DNA of 64,000 nt from an uncultured delta proteobacterium (GCA_963794325.1 CAWCDG010000003.1:160001-224000); one strand, 5' to 3'. Shown: positions 1 through 10,247, counted from the first letter of the stretch. Notes: generated from the sequence alone by a model not told the origin. Numbers and translations are program-made.

Positions 1-420
1 GCCGGCGGCGGGTTCCATCCCGACTCGACGCACGCATCGAACCAGCTCGGCGGTGATTTCTTCTTCATCATTGTAGATGCGATTCAGGCCCGCGAGATCG
101 ACCCAAGCGCATCCCGGCGCGCCCGCTTCGACCACCGGCGAAACCGATTCGACCGCGTCGAGCAGCGCTGAATGCGCCGAGCTTTCCGCGGCGGGCGAGC
201 GATGGACCACGATCAGATCTGACGAGATCGCGCGCGACTGCGCGATCGTCATGCCGGGGCGGATTCCAAGTTCACGCGCGCGCGGCGAGATAGCGTCGAG
301 CTCGGCATGCGGGGCGAGGCTTTTCGCTATAGCCAGGACCTGGTCCGCGAGCGCGGGATTCGAACGCACGAGAGCCGCAATAGAAAAATCTGCGACCATG
401 ATGCACGCGATACGAGCCAT
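1..420 (-). CDS. imuB: ImuB / Y-family polymerase-like protein, N-terminal part (runs off the left edge)
   Basis: Not in the ORF track. My translation from ATG 420 gives MARIACIMVADFSIAALVRSNP...ARELGIRPGMTIAQSRAIS...SPVVEAGAPGCAWVDLAGL, with the GIxPGM and VE..x..DL motifs of DinB/ImuB. It lies directly downstream of imuA. Confidence 0.8.
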   Translation of the reverse strand, partial: MARIACIMVADFSIAALVRSNPALADQVLAIAKSLAPHAELDAISPRARELGIRPGMTIAQSRAISSDLIVVHRSPAAESSAHSALLDAVESVSPVVEAGAPGCAWVDLAGLNRIYNDEEEITAELVRCVRRVGMEPAAG

Positions 421-432
421 CGGAACACCGTG

Positions 433-1257
433 TCAGCTGCTTGCGGAAATCAGAACCTGCGCTTCGGTCCGATCGGAGTGCGGATGCGCCTCGAATGGAT
501 TTGGAATTGGATCAACGAGTGCGCGCACGCGAACATGCCGTCCCGTCCCGCCCATCTTGTTGCGCGCGACCATCGCATCGACCGCGAGTCCGTCAAACAT
601 CACCGGTGCGCCGGGCGCGAGCCGGCTGAACGACGTCTCGGCGCGGCTGGCGGCAATGCTGAGCGCGGCGAACGTCCCGCACATCCGCCATGGCGCGATT
701 GCGATCACGGCGGCGCCACTGCGCTCGGCCGCGCGCGCGATTCGTAGCGATGACGCATAGCTGAGTGCGCGCGGTGCTTCGCCGAAATCGACGACGACCA
801 GGCCGAAGCCGCCGGCCTCGAGCACCAGCTCGGCAGCTTTGACGATCGCCGATTGAGGGCGCGCGAGCGGGCCGGCTGCGAAGCGAGCGTGCGGCAGAAT
901 CCGCGACGCCGCCGCCGTCTTCATCGACGCCCACAGCATCCGGCGAAGCTCTACTCCGGCGGCCGCCATGCTCTCGGGATCGAAACTGCCCGAACTGTCG
1001 AGCCATGCGGCGACCTCGCCGCAGCGGGTGGCGAAACTGGCGAACGATGCGGCAATCGAGGTCTTGCCTGAACCGGCGCGCCCGGTGATTTCGCTGATTC
1101 GCCCGCGCGGAATTCCGCCGTCGATCAGAGCGTCGAGCGGTGCGAGACCGGAGCTTAATCGCCGGTCCTTGCGAGTAAGCTCATGCCCACGAAAAACCCC
1201 TGAAAATTCAAGCTGTTGCGGTCTTTTGACGACCTGAATCGGGATTGAATGAGCCAT
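433..1257 (-). CDS. imuA: ImuA / RecA-like SOS mutagenesis protein
   Basis: SSGLAPLDALIDGGIPRGRISEITGRAGSGKTS (RecA/RadA N-terminus and Walker A), AAWLDSSGSFDP, LVVVD. Short, and upstream of imuB. Probable start ATG 1257. Confidence 0.85.
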   Translation of the reverse strand: MAHSIPIQVVKRPQQLEFSGVFRGHELTRKDRRLSSGLAPLDALIDGGIPRGRISEITGRAGSGKTSIAASFASFATRCGEVAAWLDSSGSFDPESMAAAGVELRRMLWASMKTAAASRILPHARFAAGPLARPQSAIVKAAELVLEAGGFGLVVVDFGEAPRALSYASSLRIARAAERSGAAVIAIAPWRMCGTFAALSIAASRAETSFSRLAPGAPVMFDGLAVDAMVARNKMGGTGRHVRVRALVDPIPNPFEAHPHSDRTEAQVLISASS

Positions 1258-1297
1258 CAATGACGAAGGTGTCGGAAGAGCAGCCACAAGATACGTT

Positions 1298-1313
1298 TTC
1301 GCTCTTTCTTCGC
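1298..1313. promoter_or_regulatory. Candidate LexA/SOS box (direct repeat TTCGC-N6-TTCGC)
   Basis: ttcgctctttcttcgc about 40 bp upstream of imuA. The 11-bp period matches the GTTC-N7-GTTC direct-repeat LexA boxes of Alphaproteobacteria and Acidobacterium. Confidence 0.5.
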
Positions 1314-1421
1314 CACATGTCAACGGCGATTATCCGGATGGTGACACGCTATGAAAATTAGCCTGATAATCCCTCGTCAAATGGCGAAGAAGAGTCTAAG
1401 CCATTGGCGGGGGTGCATTCG

Positions 1422-2117
1422 ATGCGAAATTTCTTGCTGTGGCTCAAAGCCGTGCTGATCGACGGCGTTCTCGGCTGGATTGGTGCAGGAGCTACGACTA
1501 TTGGGATCGTCGGCTTCTTCTCTCCTACTTTCGCTGAATGGTTACAGACCTACCACGTTCAGAAAGAACCAGTCCTCGTTCTTGGTATTGCGATGATCTT
1601 CTTTGCAAGTTTTGTCGCTTGGAATGCGGAGCGTACTCGCCTGAGCGAGCAGGATAACGACGTTCATTTTGCTCTCGAAATTCCTCAAGTCGAAATCATC
1701 AAAGAGGGGCATGTAGTACGAATCTGGTTCGCACTGACAAACACTAGCGAGCGGGTTGCTGAGAGAGTTGAATTTCTCCGAACTGGCCGATTCGCACAGG
1801 CGCATTCATCGTCCACGTCCGGGGGTGCAGTGGGGACGCTTTCTCCGAAACAAACGAATTCCGGCTATTTGGATTTGATGATCACGATTAACGGTTGGGT
1901 GCTTTGGGACCACATTCGCGAGAATCAAGTGGGCATCGGCATCACTGGATACATCGAGTATTCTACAAGAGCGTTGAAGACTCGTTTTCGTCAGACGTTC
2001 AGCGCATCATTCGACCATAAGATCTATCAATTTGTCTGTCATCTGAACCCAGTGGAGTACGCTCCGAAAAGCACTTCATGGTTCGCAAGCATTCTAAAGA
2101 CAATCGATGCCGGTTAA
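1422..2117 (+). CDS. Hypothetical membrane protein (2 N-terminal TM segments plus a beta-rich domain), AT-richer than its neighbours
   Basis: ORF 1404..2117 with hydrophobic stretches GVLGWIGAGATTIGIVGFF and VLVLGIAMIFFASFVAW; no family recognised. Confidence 0.6.
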   Translation: MRNFLLWLKAVLIDGVLGWIGAGATTIGIVGFFSPTFAEWLQTYHVQKEPVLVLGIAMIFFASFVAWNAERTRLSEQDNDVHFALEIPQVEIIKEGHVVRIWFALTNTSERVAERVEFLRTGRFAQAHSSSTSGGAVGTLSPKQTNSGYLDLMITINGWVLWDHIRENQVGIGITGYIEYSTRALKTRFRQTFSASFDHKIYQFVCHLNPVEYAPKSTSWFASILKTIDAG

Positions 2118-2121
2118 TAAG

Positions 2122-2155
2122 AAAAGCGAAAGGCCGAACCCTTGCGAGTCCGGCC
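2122..2155 (-). terminator. Rho-independent terminator
   Basis: Minus strand reads GGCCGGACTC-GCAA-GGGTTCGGCC then TTTCGCTTTT (GNRA loop, G-U pairs). Confidence 0.7.
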
Positions 2156-2179
2156 CATTCAAAGATGCGCGAGACGCGC

Positions 2180-2353
2180 CTATTTTTTGGCTTTAGCGAG
2201 GAGATCGTCCAGTTCGCGATTGACGCCATCCATCGTCTCAATCAGACGATCCAAGGCGCTATCCAGCGTGGCCTTGTCCAAACCCTTTCCGTTCGACGCG
2301 GAAGCCTGATTCAGTGCCTCCATCGTCTTTTGGCTTTTCTGTACGCGCGCCAT
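2180..2353 (-). CDS. Small helical hypothetical protein (57 aa)
   Basis: MARVQKSQKTMEALNQ...ELDDLLAKAKK; AGGA RBS before ATG 2353 and a terminator right after the stop. Confidence 0.55.
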   Translation of the reverse strand: MARVQKSQKTMEALNQASASNGKGLDKATLDSALDRLIETMDGVNRELDDLLAKAKK

Positions 2354-2526
2354 TAGTCCTGCGGCTTTCGCTTTCGATTCTGGGTAAGCGCGAACGTCTT
2401 TAACTCGCGTGCTTTCCCCGGTGCTTCGATTACAAGATGAATGAATCTTTCGCGTCTGTCCATGGTCTAAGAAAACCCGCAATTTTGGGTTTCAGCGTCT
2501 GCTGCAAATCACCATATCAACCACGA

Positions 2527-3727
2527 TTACTGCTCCGTCACGACGCGGGTGGCGCCGTTCAGGAATGGGCCGAAGCGCTTGGTGATAAAGCCGGCCAGGA
2601 AGGTTCTGGCGAAGGCGATCATCGGGGCGCTGACTATGATGCGGCTTAGGAGCGAGTTCGAGAGTAGGAAGCGCGGGCCGATTTGCTGCATGTCCTGGAT
2701 GGTTGTGATTTCGGGCCATCGCTCGGCTTGAATGTTGCGCGCGGCGAAGTCGAGCGTGGCTTGGTCTTCGCGCATCTTGAGCGCGCGGCCGAGATGGTTT
2801 GCGGTGACGACTGCGTCGCGAAGAGCGACGTTGATGCCTTGTCCGCCGACCGGAGACATCGGATGGGCGGCGTCGCCGATCAGCAGCAAGCCGGGTGCGG
2901 TCCATTCGCGCAAGCGATCGCAAATGACGTCGAGCAGGAACGGACGGGCGAGTCCGGATTTATTCGCGGCGAGATATTGTCTCAGGTCGGGTGACACATG
3001 CGGCACGAGCTCGTCGATCCATCGATCGCCCATCTTTTTGATATCGCCGAAGGTGCCTTTGTCTATCACCCATCCGATCTGCGTGTGACCTTCGGGGGAC
3101 GGATACGTGATGAGCAGATGGCCGTTTCCGATGTAGCCGCGCGCGGTCCGAGTGTCGGGAAATTGGCCGGGGACGTGCGCCCACACCACGTCGAAGCCTT
3201 GCATGATGCGATCCTGTGGGAGCGCGGCGCGTTTGCGAATCGCGGAGGCGCGGCCGTCGCATGCGATGACGAAGTCGCCGCGAAATTCGCGCGGACCGTC
3301 GTGCGCGTCGGCATGAACCCCGACTACGCGATCTTTTTCGTAGATGAGATCGCGCACGGTGACGCCGCGCTCGAGTTTGAAGCCGGGGAGTTTGGCGGCC
3401 TCGGTGACAATCATCTCGAGCATCGCGGGCTGCGGCACGATTCGCGGGCGCACCGCGAGGCCGTCAAGCGGAAAGGTGACCACGAGCTGTTCGCCGCGAA
3501 AAATCTGGGCGGTCTCCAATCGGCCGGTTCGGCAAGGCGTCGAACTGCGGACGAAGTCCAGCCTCGTGCATCGCGGCGATTCCCGACGGCATCAGTACTT
3601 CGCCACGAAACTCGCGGGAGAAATCAGTCTGTCGTTCGAGCAAAGTGACGGGCACGCCACGGCGGGCGAGCATGTAGGCGAGCAGGGCGCCTGCGGGTCC
3701 GGCGCCGACGACGATTGCGCCCGACAT
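2527..3727 (-). CDS. FAD-dependent monooxygenase/oxidoreductase (UbiH/PheA-like), one frameshift near 3520
   Basis: N-terminal IVVGAGPAG in ORF 3464..3727; IACDGRAS and LIGDAAHPMSPVGGQGINVALRDA in ORF 2527..3519. Confidence 0.85.
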
Positions 3728-4737
3728 TAGACTTCGCGCGAGGTCTGGTCGTCGATTAAGGTTGCGAGGCCGTCGCGATAGGGCGACGGTTCGAGCTGGC
3801 CGACAATCGAGCGCGCGATTGCGATCTGCTCCGCGGCCAGACCGCGTGCGGCGCCGATGATTTCAGGATCGCGCAGCAGGTCGAGCGCGCGGTCGAACGC
3901 CGCGCCTTCCATCTGAGTACCGTTCTGAAAGAGCGCGCGCAGTTCGGCGCTGCGCTCGACGCCGAGCACGACCGGCAGCGACGGAATGCCGGCGCGCAAA
4001 TCGGAGCCGACTGGTTTGCCGATTTTTTCTTCGGGCCCCAGGATGTCGAGCAGGTCGTCAACCATCTGGAACGCGAGGCCCATCGCGGTGCCGAGCTTCG
4101 CCATCGCGTCGATCGTCCTGGTGGATACGCGAGCCAGTTCCGCCGCGAGCCTGCCGCCTGCGTAGAACAGCGACGCGGTCTTGCGATCGATCACGTTGAT
4201 ATAATCGGCGAGCGTCGCAGCCGCGTTGTGACGGAACCTGCTCTCCATCACTTCGCCTTCGGTGAGCTGGATGCAGGCCTGCGCCGCGGTTCGCACGAGA
4301 CGTTCTTCGAAGCGGCCGGAGACCTCGAACGCGCGGCAGAACAGGTAGTCGCCGGCGATCAGCGACGGGCCGAATCCGTAGCGGGCGAAGGCCGACGGCT
4401 TGCCGCGGCGCAGCAGGCCGCGATCGATGATGTCGTCGTGGAGCAGCGTCGCCGAATGGATCAGTTCGAGTGCGATTGCCGCGTCGATCGGCTCGTCGAC
4501 TCGCGCGTCGGGCCCGCCGCAAGCACGATACACCAGCATGATGAAGGTCGGGCGCAGGCGCTTGCCGCCGGCGTCGACGAGGTAGTGGCAAATTTCCGCG
4601 ATGATCGGTTCTTTGGAGTCGAGCAGGCGCGACAGCTTCGCCTCGACCGCATTGAGGTCGGCTTCGACGAGGCGCGCGGGGTTCAACGCGTCAGGCGTCG
4701 ATGCGGCGGCGAGTTGTGTTGCCTTGGCTCTCTTCAT
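3727..4737 (-). CDS. Polyprenyl diphosphate synthase (IspB/HepT-like)
   Basis: GGKRLRP, LLHDDIID...RRG (FARM), RKTASLF, FQMVDDLLD (SARM). Confidence 0.9.
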   Translation of the reverse strand: MKRAKATQLAAASTPDALNPARLVEADLNAVEAKLSRLLDSKEPIIAEICHYLVDAGGKRLRPTFIMLVYRACGGPDARVDEPIDAAIALELIHSATLLHDDIIDRGLLRRGKPSAFARYGFGPSLIAGDYLFCRAFEVSGRFEERLVRTAAQACIQLTEGEVMESRFRHNAAATLADYINVIDRKTASLFYAGGRLAAELARVSTRTIDAMAKLGTAMGLAFQMVDDLLDILGPEEKIGKPVGSDLRAGIPSLPVVLGVERSAELRALFQNGTQMEGAAFDRALDLLRDPEIIGAARGLAAEQIAIARSIVGQLEPSPYRDGLATLIDDQTSREV

Positions 4738-4762
4738 CTTCTCAGTGAAATCGTGAATCGGA

Positions 4763-5515
4763 TCAACGGAATAAATCCATTTCAGCCGGACGAATCAATA
4801 TCTTCGCGCTGCCTTCGAACGGTTCGTATTGGAAGCCCCGCACGACGACTGCGGGAATGGCGCCCGCTTTTTCCATCAGCAGACCGGCGGCGGATGCGAT
4901 CTCGTCGGCGATCGCGACGACCGTGTGATGCAATTCGCGGCCACCAAGATCGGTGGTGCCGCGCAAATCGAGGATCGGATTCATGCCTGCGATGCCGAGG
5001 CAGATTTCGGTGAGTCCATCGCGCCATGGACGGCCGAAGGTGTCGGTGATCAGCACGGCGACGGTGACGCCGAGACGGCGCCGAATCTCGTCGCGAAGGC
5101 GTCGCGCGGAGGCGTCGGGATCTTCGGGCAGCAGGATCGCGCGTTCGTCCTCGAGGCTGTTGGATTCGTCGACGCCGGCATTTGCGCAGACCCATCCGGG
5201 GCCGGTCTCGACGATCAGCACGCCGCGATCGTTGCGGACGATTCGGCTGGTTTGGCGCAACACGATTTCGATCGCGCGCGGATCTTTCTCCCATCGCTTG
5301 GCGTAGGCCTTGGCGAATTCGGAGGGCTCGAAATCCTTGAAGTTCACGACGCGACCCTCAGACTTCGAGACTACCTTCTGACATACGACGAGAATATCGC
5401 CGGCCGCGAGCTTGAAGCCGGTATCTGCCAGTCCTTTGGCGATCAGCGCGGCGAGGTCGTCGCCCGCTTTGACCATCGGGATGTTCTCGACCGCTGTGAG
5501 ACTTATCGTGCGCAT
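4763..5515 (-). CDS. cofE: Coenzyme F420-0:L-glutamate ligase
   Basis: IPMVKAGDDL, QKVVSKSEGR, CANAGVDESN, LPEDPDASA, ITDTFGRPWRDG. Confidence 0.93.
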   Translation of the reverse strand: MRTISLTAVENIPMVKAGDDLAALIAKGLADTGFKLAAGDILVVCQKVVSKSEGRVVNFKDFEPSEFAKAYAKRWEKDPRAIEIVLRQTSRIVRNDRGVLIVETGPGWVCANAGVDESNSLEDERAILLPEDPDASARRLRDEIRRRLGVTVAVLITDTFGRPWRDGLTEICLGIAGMNPILDLRGTTDLGGRELHHTVVAIADEIASAAGLLMEKAGAIPAVVVRGFQYEPFEGSAKILIRPAEMDLFR

Positions 5516-5530
5516 TGCCGGACCAGAGTA

Positions 5531-6498
5531 CTACACATGTAGCTCTTGCAGAACTACTTCAGCGAGCGCGGCGGCGCGCTCGGGCGTGGTCATGATGGTG
5601 TCGGTTGCGAGCGCGCGCATCCCGAGGCGCTCGATCGGTTCGACGTAGCGGCGGTCGGCGTTGTCGAGAACGAACAGCCCTACGATGTCGCGATAGAGGC
5701 GCGCGACTCCGAGCGGCGAGACTTCCATCCCGAGGCCGCGGAGCATTTTGTCGGCGGGACCTTTGATCGTCTTGCCGCCGACGATCGGGCTGATAGCTGC
5801 GACCCGCGATTTCACTCGGCGGAGCGCGTCGCGCACGCCGGTCAGTTGCAGAGATGGGGCCGAGCGAGACGAATGGGTTCGACGGCGCCAGGATGACTGC
5901 GGCGGATTTGCGAATCGCGTCGAGGACTGCCGGAGTAGGGCGCGCGATTGCCGATTCCACGAAGTTCGATCTTCTCGACAGCGCCGCGTGCACGTCCGCG
6001 CACGAAGTATTCCTGGAACGGTATCGCTCGACGTCCGCGCAGCTTCACGAAGGTTCGCACGCGATCGTCGCTCATCGGGAGGATGCGCGATTTCACTTTG
6101 AATGCGTCCGCGATTTCCGCGGTGATTCGGCTGAGCGACGCGCCCTGACGGATTCGCTCGGTGCGATATAGATGAGTGGCGAGGTCGCGATCGCCAAGAC
6201 CGAACCACGGCTTGCCGTAGAAGCGCTCGAGCGCCGGGAGCAGGTTGAACGTCTCACCGTCGAGGCCCCAGCCTTGCGCGCGATTCACTACGCCCGCGAG
6301 CGTGTAGGTGACGGTGTCGATATCAGGCGAGACGTGCAGCCCGTAAAAGGTTTCGTCGTCGCCGGTGTTGACGACGACGGTCAGCCGCGCGGGATCGATT
6401 CGCCGACCAAGTCCCCGGATGAACTTAGCCGCACCCACTCCCCCCGCTAGCGTGGTTATCTGCCGAGGTGGGAGGGATCGCGATTGGCCGCGCGCCAT
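5531..6498 (-). CDS. cofD: 2-phospho-L-lactate transferase, frameshifted (about 5945 and about 5850)
   Basis: LAGGVGAAKF, VNTGDD, HVSPDIDTV, LGDRDLATH (ORF 5842..6588); LAPSNPFVSLGPI (5559..5993); ISPIVGGKTIKGPADKML (5531..6208). Confidence 0.88.
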
Positions 6499-7678
6499 TG
6501 GGTGCCTTTTTTCCGTAGAGCTTTTTGTAGAGCGTGGTGCGTTCGACCGCGACGCGGCCCATCTCGCGCGCTTTTTCCTCGAACACATCGACCGGGATGA
6601 ACTCGCCCGAGTCGCCGCCCGCCTGCGCCGTGATGCTTTCCTCCATCAGCGTGCCCGACAGATCGTTGCATCCAGCCTTGAGCGTGAGCGCGGCGAGATC
6701 GATGCCGCACTTCACCCAGGAGGTCTGGATATTGTCGATTTGCCCGCGCAGGAACAGACGCGAGACGGCGTACATCTGGAAATCGAGCTGGCCGCGATCG
6801 ACCGGCGACACCAGGCCTTTGCGGTAGAGCATCGTATTCTGATGGATGAACCGCAGCGGCACGAACTCGGTGAAGCCATGCGTCTGTTTCTGGATCGTGC
6901 GCAGCAAATCGAGATGATTCACGACATGCTGCGGACTCTCGACGTGCCCGTACATCACGGTGGAGGTCGTCGGCACGCCGACTGCGTGTGCGGTGGTGAT
7001 TATCTCGACCCATGCGGCAACGTCGACTTTCTTGTGGCTCAGGATCTCACGCACGCCGTCGTCGAGGATTTCCGCCGCGGTGCCGGGAATCGAGCCGAGG
7101 CCGTGCTCCTTGAGCATCGTGATGTATTCCGGGTAGTCCATCCGCACGCGCTTGGCGCCGTACATTATTTCCATCGGCGAGAACGCGTGGATGTGAATCT
7201 CGGGGAACGCGTGCTTCATCGCGTCGAGCAGGTCGCGATACTTGAACGGTGGCATGTCGGGGTTGATGCCGCCCTGCATGCAGACTTCGGTTGCTCCGCG
7301 CGCGACCGCGTCGGCCACTTTGCGCACGATCGTCTCGTCGGAATGATCGTAGGCGTCGGCCTCCCAGCGCTGACGCTTGAAGCCGCAGAACTGGCATCCC
7401 ACGAAACAGATGTTCGTGAAATTGATATTGCGATTGACGACGTAGGTGACTTCGTTGCCGATGTCCTCGGCGCGCGCGAGGTCGGCGCATTTCACCGTCG
7501 CCCGCAGATCGTCGCCCTCCGACGTGTAGAGCAGCAGCCCTTCCTCGGGCGTCAGCTCTTTTTTCAGGAGTGCATGCTCGAGCGCGGCACGCACCGCGGG
7601 CGACGATAGGCCGAGCAGAGCCTCGACGGGAGTCGCCTCGATTTCATCGACGTAAGTGCGCCAGTACTCCAGGTTCAT
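6425..7678 (-). CDS. cofH: FO synthase subunit CofH (radical SAM)
   Basis: VTYVVNRNINFTNICFVGCQFC, SIPGTAAEIL, GFTEFVPL, NIQTSWVK, GTLMEESI; ATGA overlap with cofG. Confidence 0.92.
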   Translation of the reverse strand: MNLEYWRTYVDEIEATPVEALLGLSSPAVRAALEHALLKKELTPEEGLLLYTSEGDDLRATVKCADLARAEDIGNEVTYVVNRNINFTNICFVGCQFCGFKRQRWEADAYDHSDETIVRKVADAVARGATEVCMQGGINPDMPPFKYRDLLDAMKHAFPEIHIHAFSPMEIMYGAKRVRMDYPEYITMLKEHGLGSIPGTAAEILDDGVREILSHKKVDVAAWVEIITTAHAVGVPTTSTVMYGHVESPQHVVNHLDLLRTIQKQTHGFTEFVPLRFIHQNTMLYRKGLVSPVDRGQLDFQMYAVSRLFLRGQIDNIQTSWVKCGIDLAALTLKAGCNDLSGTLMEESITAQAGGDSGEFIPVDVFEEKAREMGRVAVERTTLYKKLYGKKAPNGARPIAIPPTSADNHASGGSGCG

Positions 7679-8874
7679 GATTGGCCTCCGACAGGTCGAT
7701 CCCATATCGCGCGCACTTTAGTCGCGACCGCCGGGTCGAGCCATTCATCATTGATGTATTCGTTATAAATTGCGAGCCTTTCACCGAGCGTGAAACCAGC
7801 GCGCGCGCATTGATCGCCGAGGCGATCGATATGCGGCCACGGCGCCTCGGGGTTTACGTAATCCTTGCTGAGCGGCGAAATCCCGCCCCAGTCGTTGATT
7901 CCGGCATTCAGGAACAATTCGATTTGTCGCGGCGACAAGTTCGGCGGTGCCTGCACGTTCATCGAGGCGCCGAGCACCAGCCGCGCAGTCGCGATCGCGC
8001 GCGCCATGTCGTAAGCGTCAGGCTCCGGCGCGTCGGCCATCGCGATTTCGGGCTTGGCGCGAAAATTCTGGATGATCACTTCCTGGATATGACCGTGGCG
8101 CTCATGAGTGTCGCGAATCGCGGTGATACTCAGCGCACGCTCGGCCGGGGTCTCGCCGATCCCGAGCAGGATTCCAGTAGTGAACGGAATCCGCAGCGCA
8201 CCCGCGTCGTCGATCATCTTGATACGGAGCGCGGGATCCTTGTCGGGCGCCGCCTGATGCACACCGCCGCGCGCACGCAGCCGTGGCGAGATATTTTCGA
8301 GCATCAGGCCCATGCTGACGTTGAGCGGACGCAGCGCGCGCATCTCGTCGGAGGTCATCAGGCCGGCGTTGGTATGCGGCAGCAATCCTTCGTTGAGTGC
8401 GATCTCGCACGCACGGCCGACGTATTCAATCGTCGTGCGGACGCCGAGGGTCGCCAGCACGTCGCGATATTCCTTGAACGCGACCTCCGGCTTGTCGCCG
8501 AGGCACATCAGCGCTTCTTTGCATCCAAGCTCAGCGCCGCGCCGCGACCAGAGCGCAATCTCGTCGGGCATCATCGTCCACGCGCCTGGGTCGCCGGGAT
8601 CTTTGCGGAACGTGCAGTAGGTGCATCGATCGCGGCATAAATTGGTAATCGGTAAAAAAACTTTGCGCGAGTAGGTAACGTCGCGGCCCTTGCCGCGATC
8701 GCGAAGTTCAGCTGCCGCGGAGAGCATACTGTCGAGGTCGCCGTCGGGGCATTCGATCAACGCGATCGCATCACCATCGCTGAGGCGCGCGCCGGCCAGC
8801 GCGCGATCGAGGATTTCGCGGATCGGCGCGCGTTCTCGCGGCGCGGATGCGAGCGATGAATGAATCGAGGCCAT
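7675..8874 (-). CDS. cofG: FO synthase subunit CofG (radical SAM)
   Basis: VTYSRKVFLPITNLCRDRCTYC, GLLPHTNAG, FTTGILLGIGE, HIQEVIIQNF, QAPPNL, GINDWGGISP. Confidence 0.93.
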   Translation of the reverse strand: MASIHSSLASAPRERAPIREILDRALAGARLSDGDAIALIECPDGDLDSMLSAAAELRDRGKGRDVTYSRKVFLPITNLCRDRCTYCTFRKDPGDPGAWTMMPDEIALWSRRGAELGCKEALMCLGDKPEVAFKEYRDVLATLGVRTTIEYVGRACEIALNEGLLPHTNAGLMTSDEMRALRPLNVSMGLMLENISPRLRARGGVHQAAPDKDPALRIKMIDDAGALRIPFTTGILLGIGETPAERALSITAIRDTHERHGHIQEVIIQNFRAKPEIAMADAPEPDAYDMARAIATARLVLGASMNVQAPPNLSPRQIELFLNAGINDWGGISPLSKDYVNPEAPWPHIDRLGDQCARAGFTLGERLAIYNEYINDEWLDPAVATKVRAIWDRPVGGQS

Positions 8875-8983
8875 CAATCGCGTTTATAAGCCATCAGGTA
8901 CGGGGAGGCAACCTAGTTGCAAAAGAAAACTGCTCTCGCGAGCGGGCACTGTCCAGATCGCAAATGAAGGTGAGGCGCCTGAT

Positions 8984-9112
8984 TCAGCGCCACCAGTTAT
9001 CGACACCCACTCTGATCGCGTTGCTGAGCCAATAGTAGTTGTTCCACACGTACACCGCGACGAGACCGATCGCGATGAAGAGTACCCACTTCGATGCTAG
9101 TGCCCGGTCCAT
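8984..9112 (-). CDS. Small Trp-rich single-TM protein (42 aa)
   Basis: Below the ORF-track cutoff: MDRALASKWVLFIAIGLVAVYVWNNYYWLSNAIRVGVDNWWR; GGGGGAG RBS upstream. Confidence 0.5.
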   Translation of the reverse strand: MDRALASKWVLFIAIGLVAVYVWNNYYWLSNAIRVGVDNWWR

Positions 9113-9237
9113 CGTTTAGCTCCCCCCGACAGCCGTATTGCTTGCCGCATCTTACTCTCCGGTCGTTTGAACCGCGAATTCCGCTAGCGATCTGGTGGGT
9201 GAGATATCACAATCATTTGACCCTGGGAGGACAAATC

Positions 9238-10162
9238 ATGACGCCGACCGCCGACCAACTGGTTCACACTTACTCGATTGTCGCGCGCGATCCCGATACC
9301 GGGCAGCTCGGCGTCGCCGTGCAGTCGCACTACTTCGGCGTTTTCGTCGTCGCGTGGGCAGAAGCTGGTGTAGGCGCAGTCGCGTCGCAGGCGTTCGGCG
9401 ATCCGGCGTACGGGAAGCTCGGACTCGACATGATGCGTGCGGGCAAGAGCGCGCCGGACACGTCTCGCGGGTCTGCTCGCGGCGGATCCGATGAAAGAAG
9501 TGCGGCAAGTCGCGATGGTCGATGCGAAGGGCCAGGCTGCAGCGCATACGGGTTCGACGACGATTCCCGAAGCTGGGCACATCGTGGGCGAAGGATTTTC
9601 CGTGCAGGCCAACATGATGCTCAAGAATACGGTGTGGCCCGCGATGGCCGAGGCGTTCCGTAGCTCGAAAACAGAGTTGGTCGATCGATTTCTCGCGGCG
9701 CTCGACGCGGCCGAGGCTGAAGGCGGTGACATTCGTGGGCGGCAATCGGCGGCGATTCTGATCGTCGAACCAAAGAGCAGTGGCCGTCCGTGGATCGACA
9801 GGATTTTCGATCTTCGGGTTGACGACGCATCGGAGCCGCTGGTTGAGATTCGCCGTCTCGTCGCCGTCCGCCGCGCGTACATTCATATGCGGCTTGGCGA
9901 GGAGGCGGCTCAGCGCAGAGATCTGGAAACGGCCGAGCGCGAATTCACGGCGGCCGAGCGGCTGATCGGTAATAATCCCGAAATGCGCTACTGGCACGGG
10001 ATTGCCTTGCTCGGTCTCGGCAAGATCGACGACGGTCTTGCAATACTCCGCGAAGTCGGAAGCCGCGATCGCAATTGGATCGAGCTGACGCTGCGACTGC
10101 CGGACTTGCTGTTTCGGGGCGATGCGGAATTGAAAGACCGTGTGAGAAAATTGTTGGGTTGA
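9238..10162 (+). CDS. DUF1028 (Ntn-hydrolase-like) protein with C-terminal TPR, frameshift near 9460
   Basis: HTYSIVARDPDTGQLGVAVQSHYF, GVGAVASQA; RQVAMVD, SVQANMM, GGDIRGRQSAA, DLRVDD; GGGAGG RBS. Confidence 0.85.
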
Positions 10163-10247
10163 CTGTCGCGATTGCGACAAAAAAAGGTTTTGCCCCGCTT
10201 GGCCACCGGAGTTAGTCTGAACGGGATAGGCGAGACCGGAGTACCAG

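Noticed and set aside
433-1323. Calling this gene recA
   Set aside because: Too short and divergent, and adjacent to imuB; it fits ImuA
2354-2526. Possible ncRNA or riboswitch
   Set aside because: Only a short hairpin (aaacccgcaattttgggttt) is visible and no family is recognisable; an Rfam search would be needed
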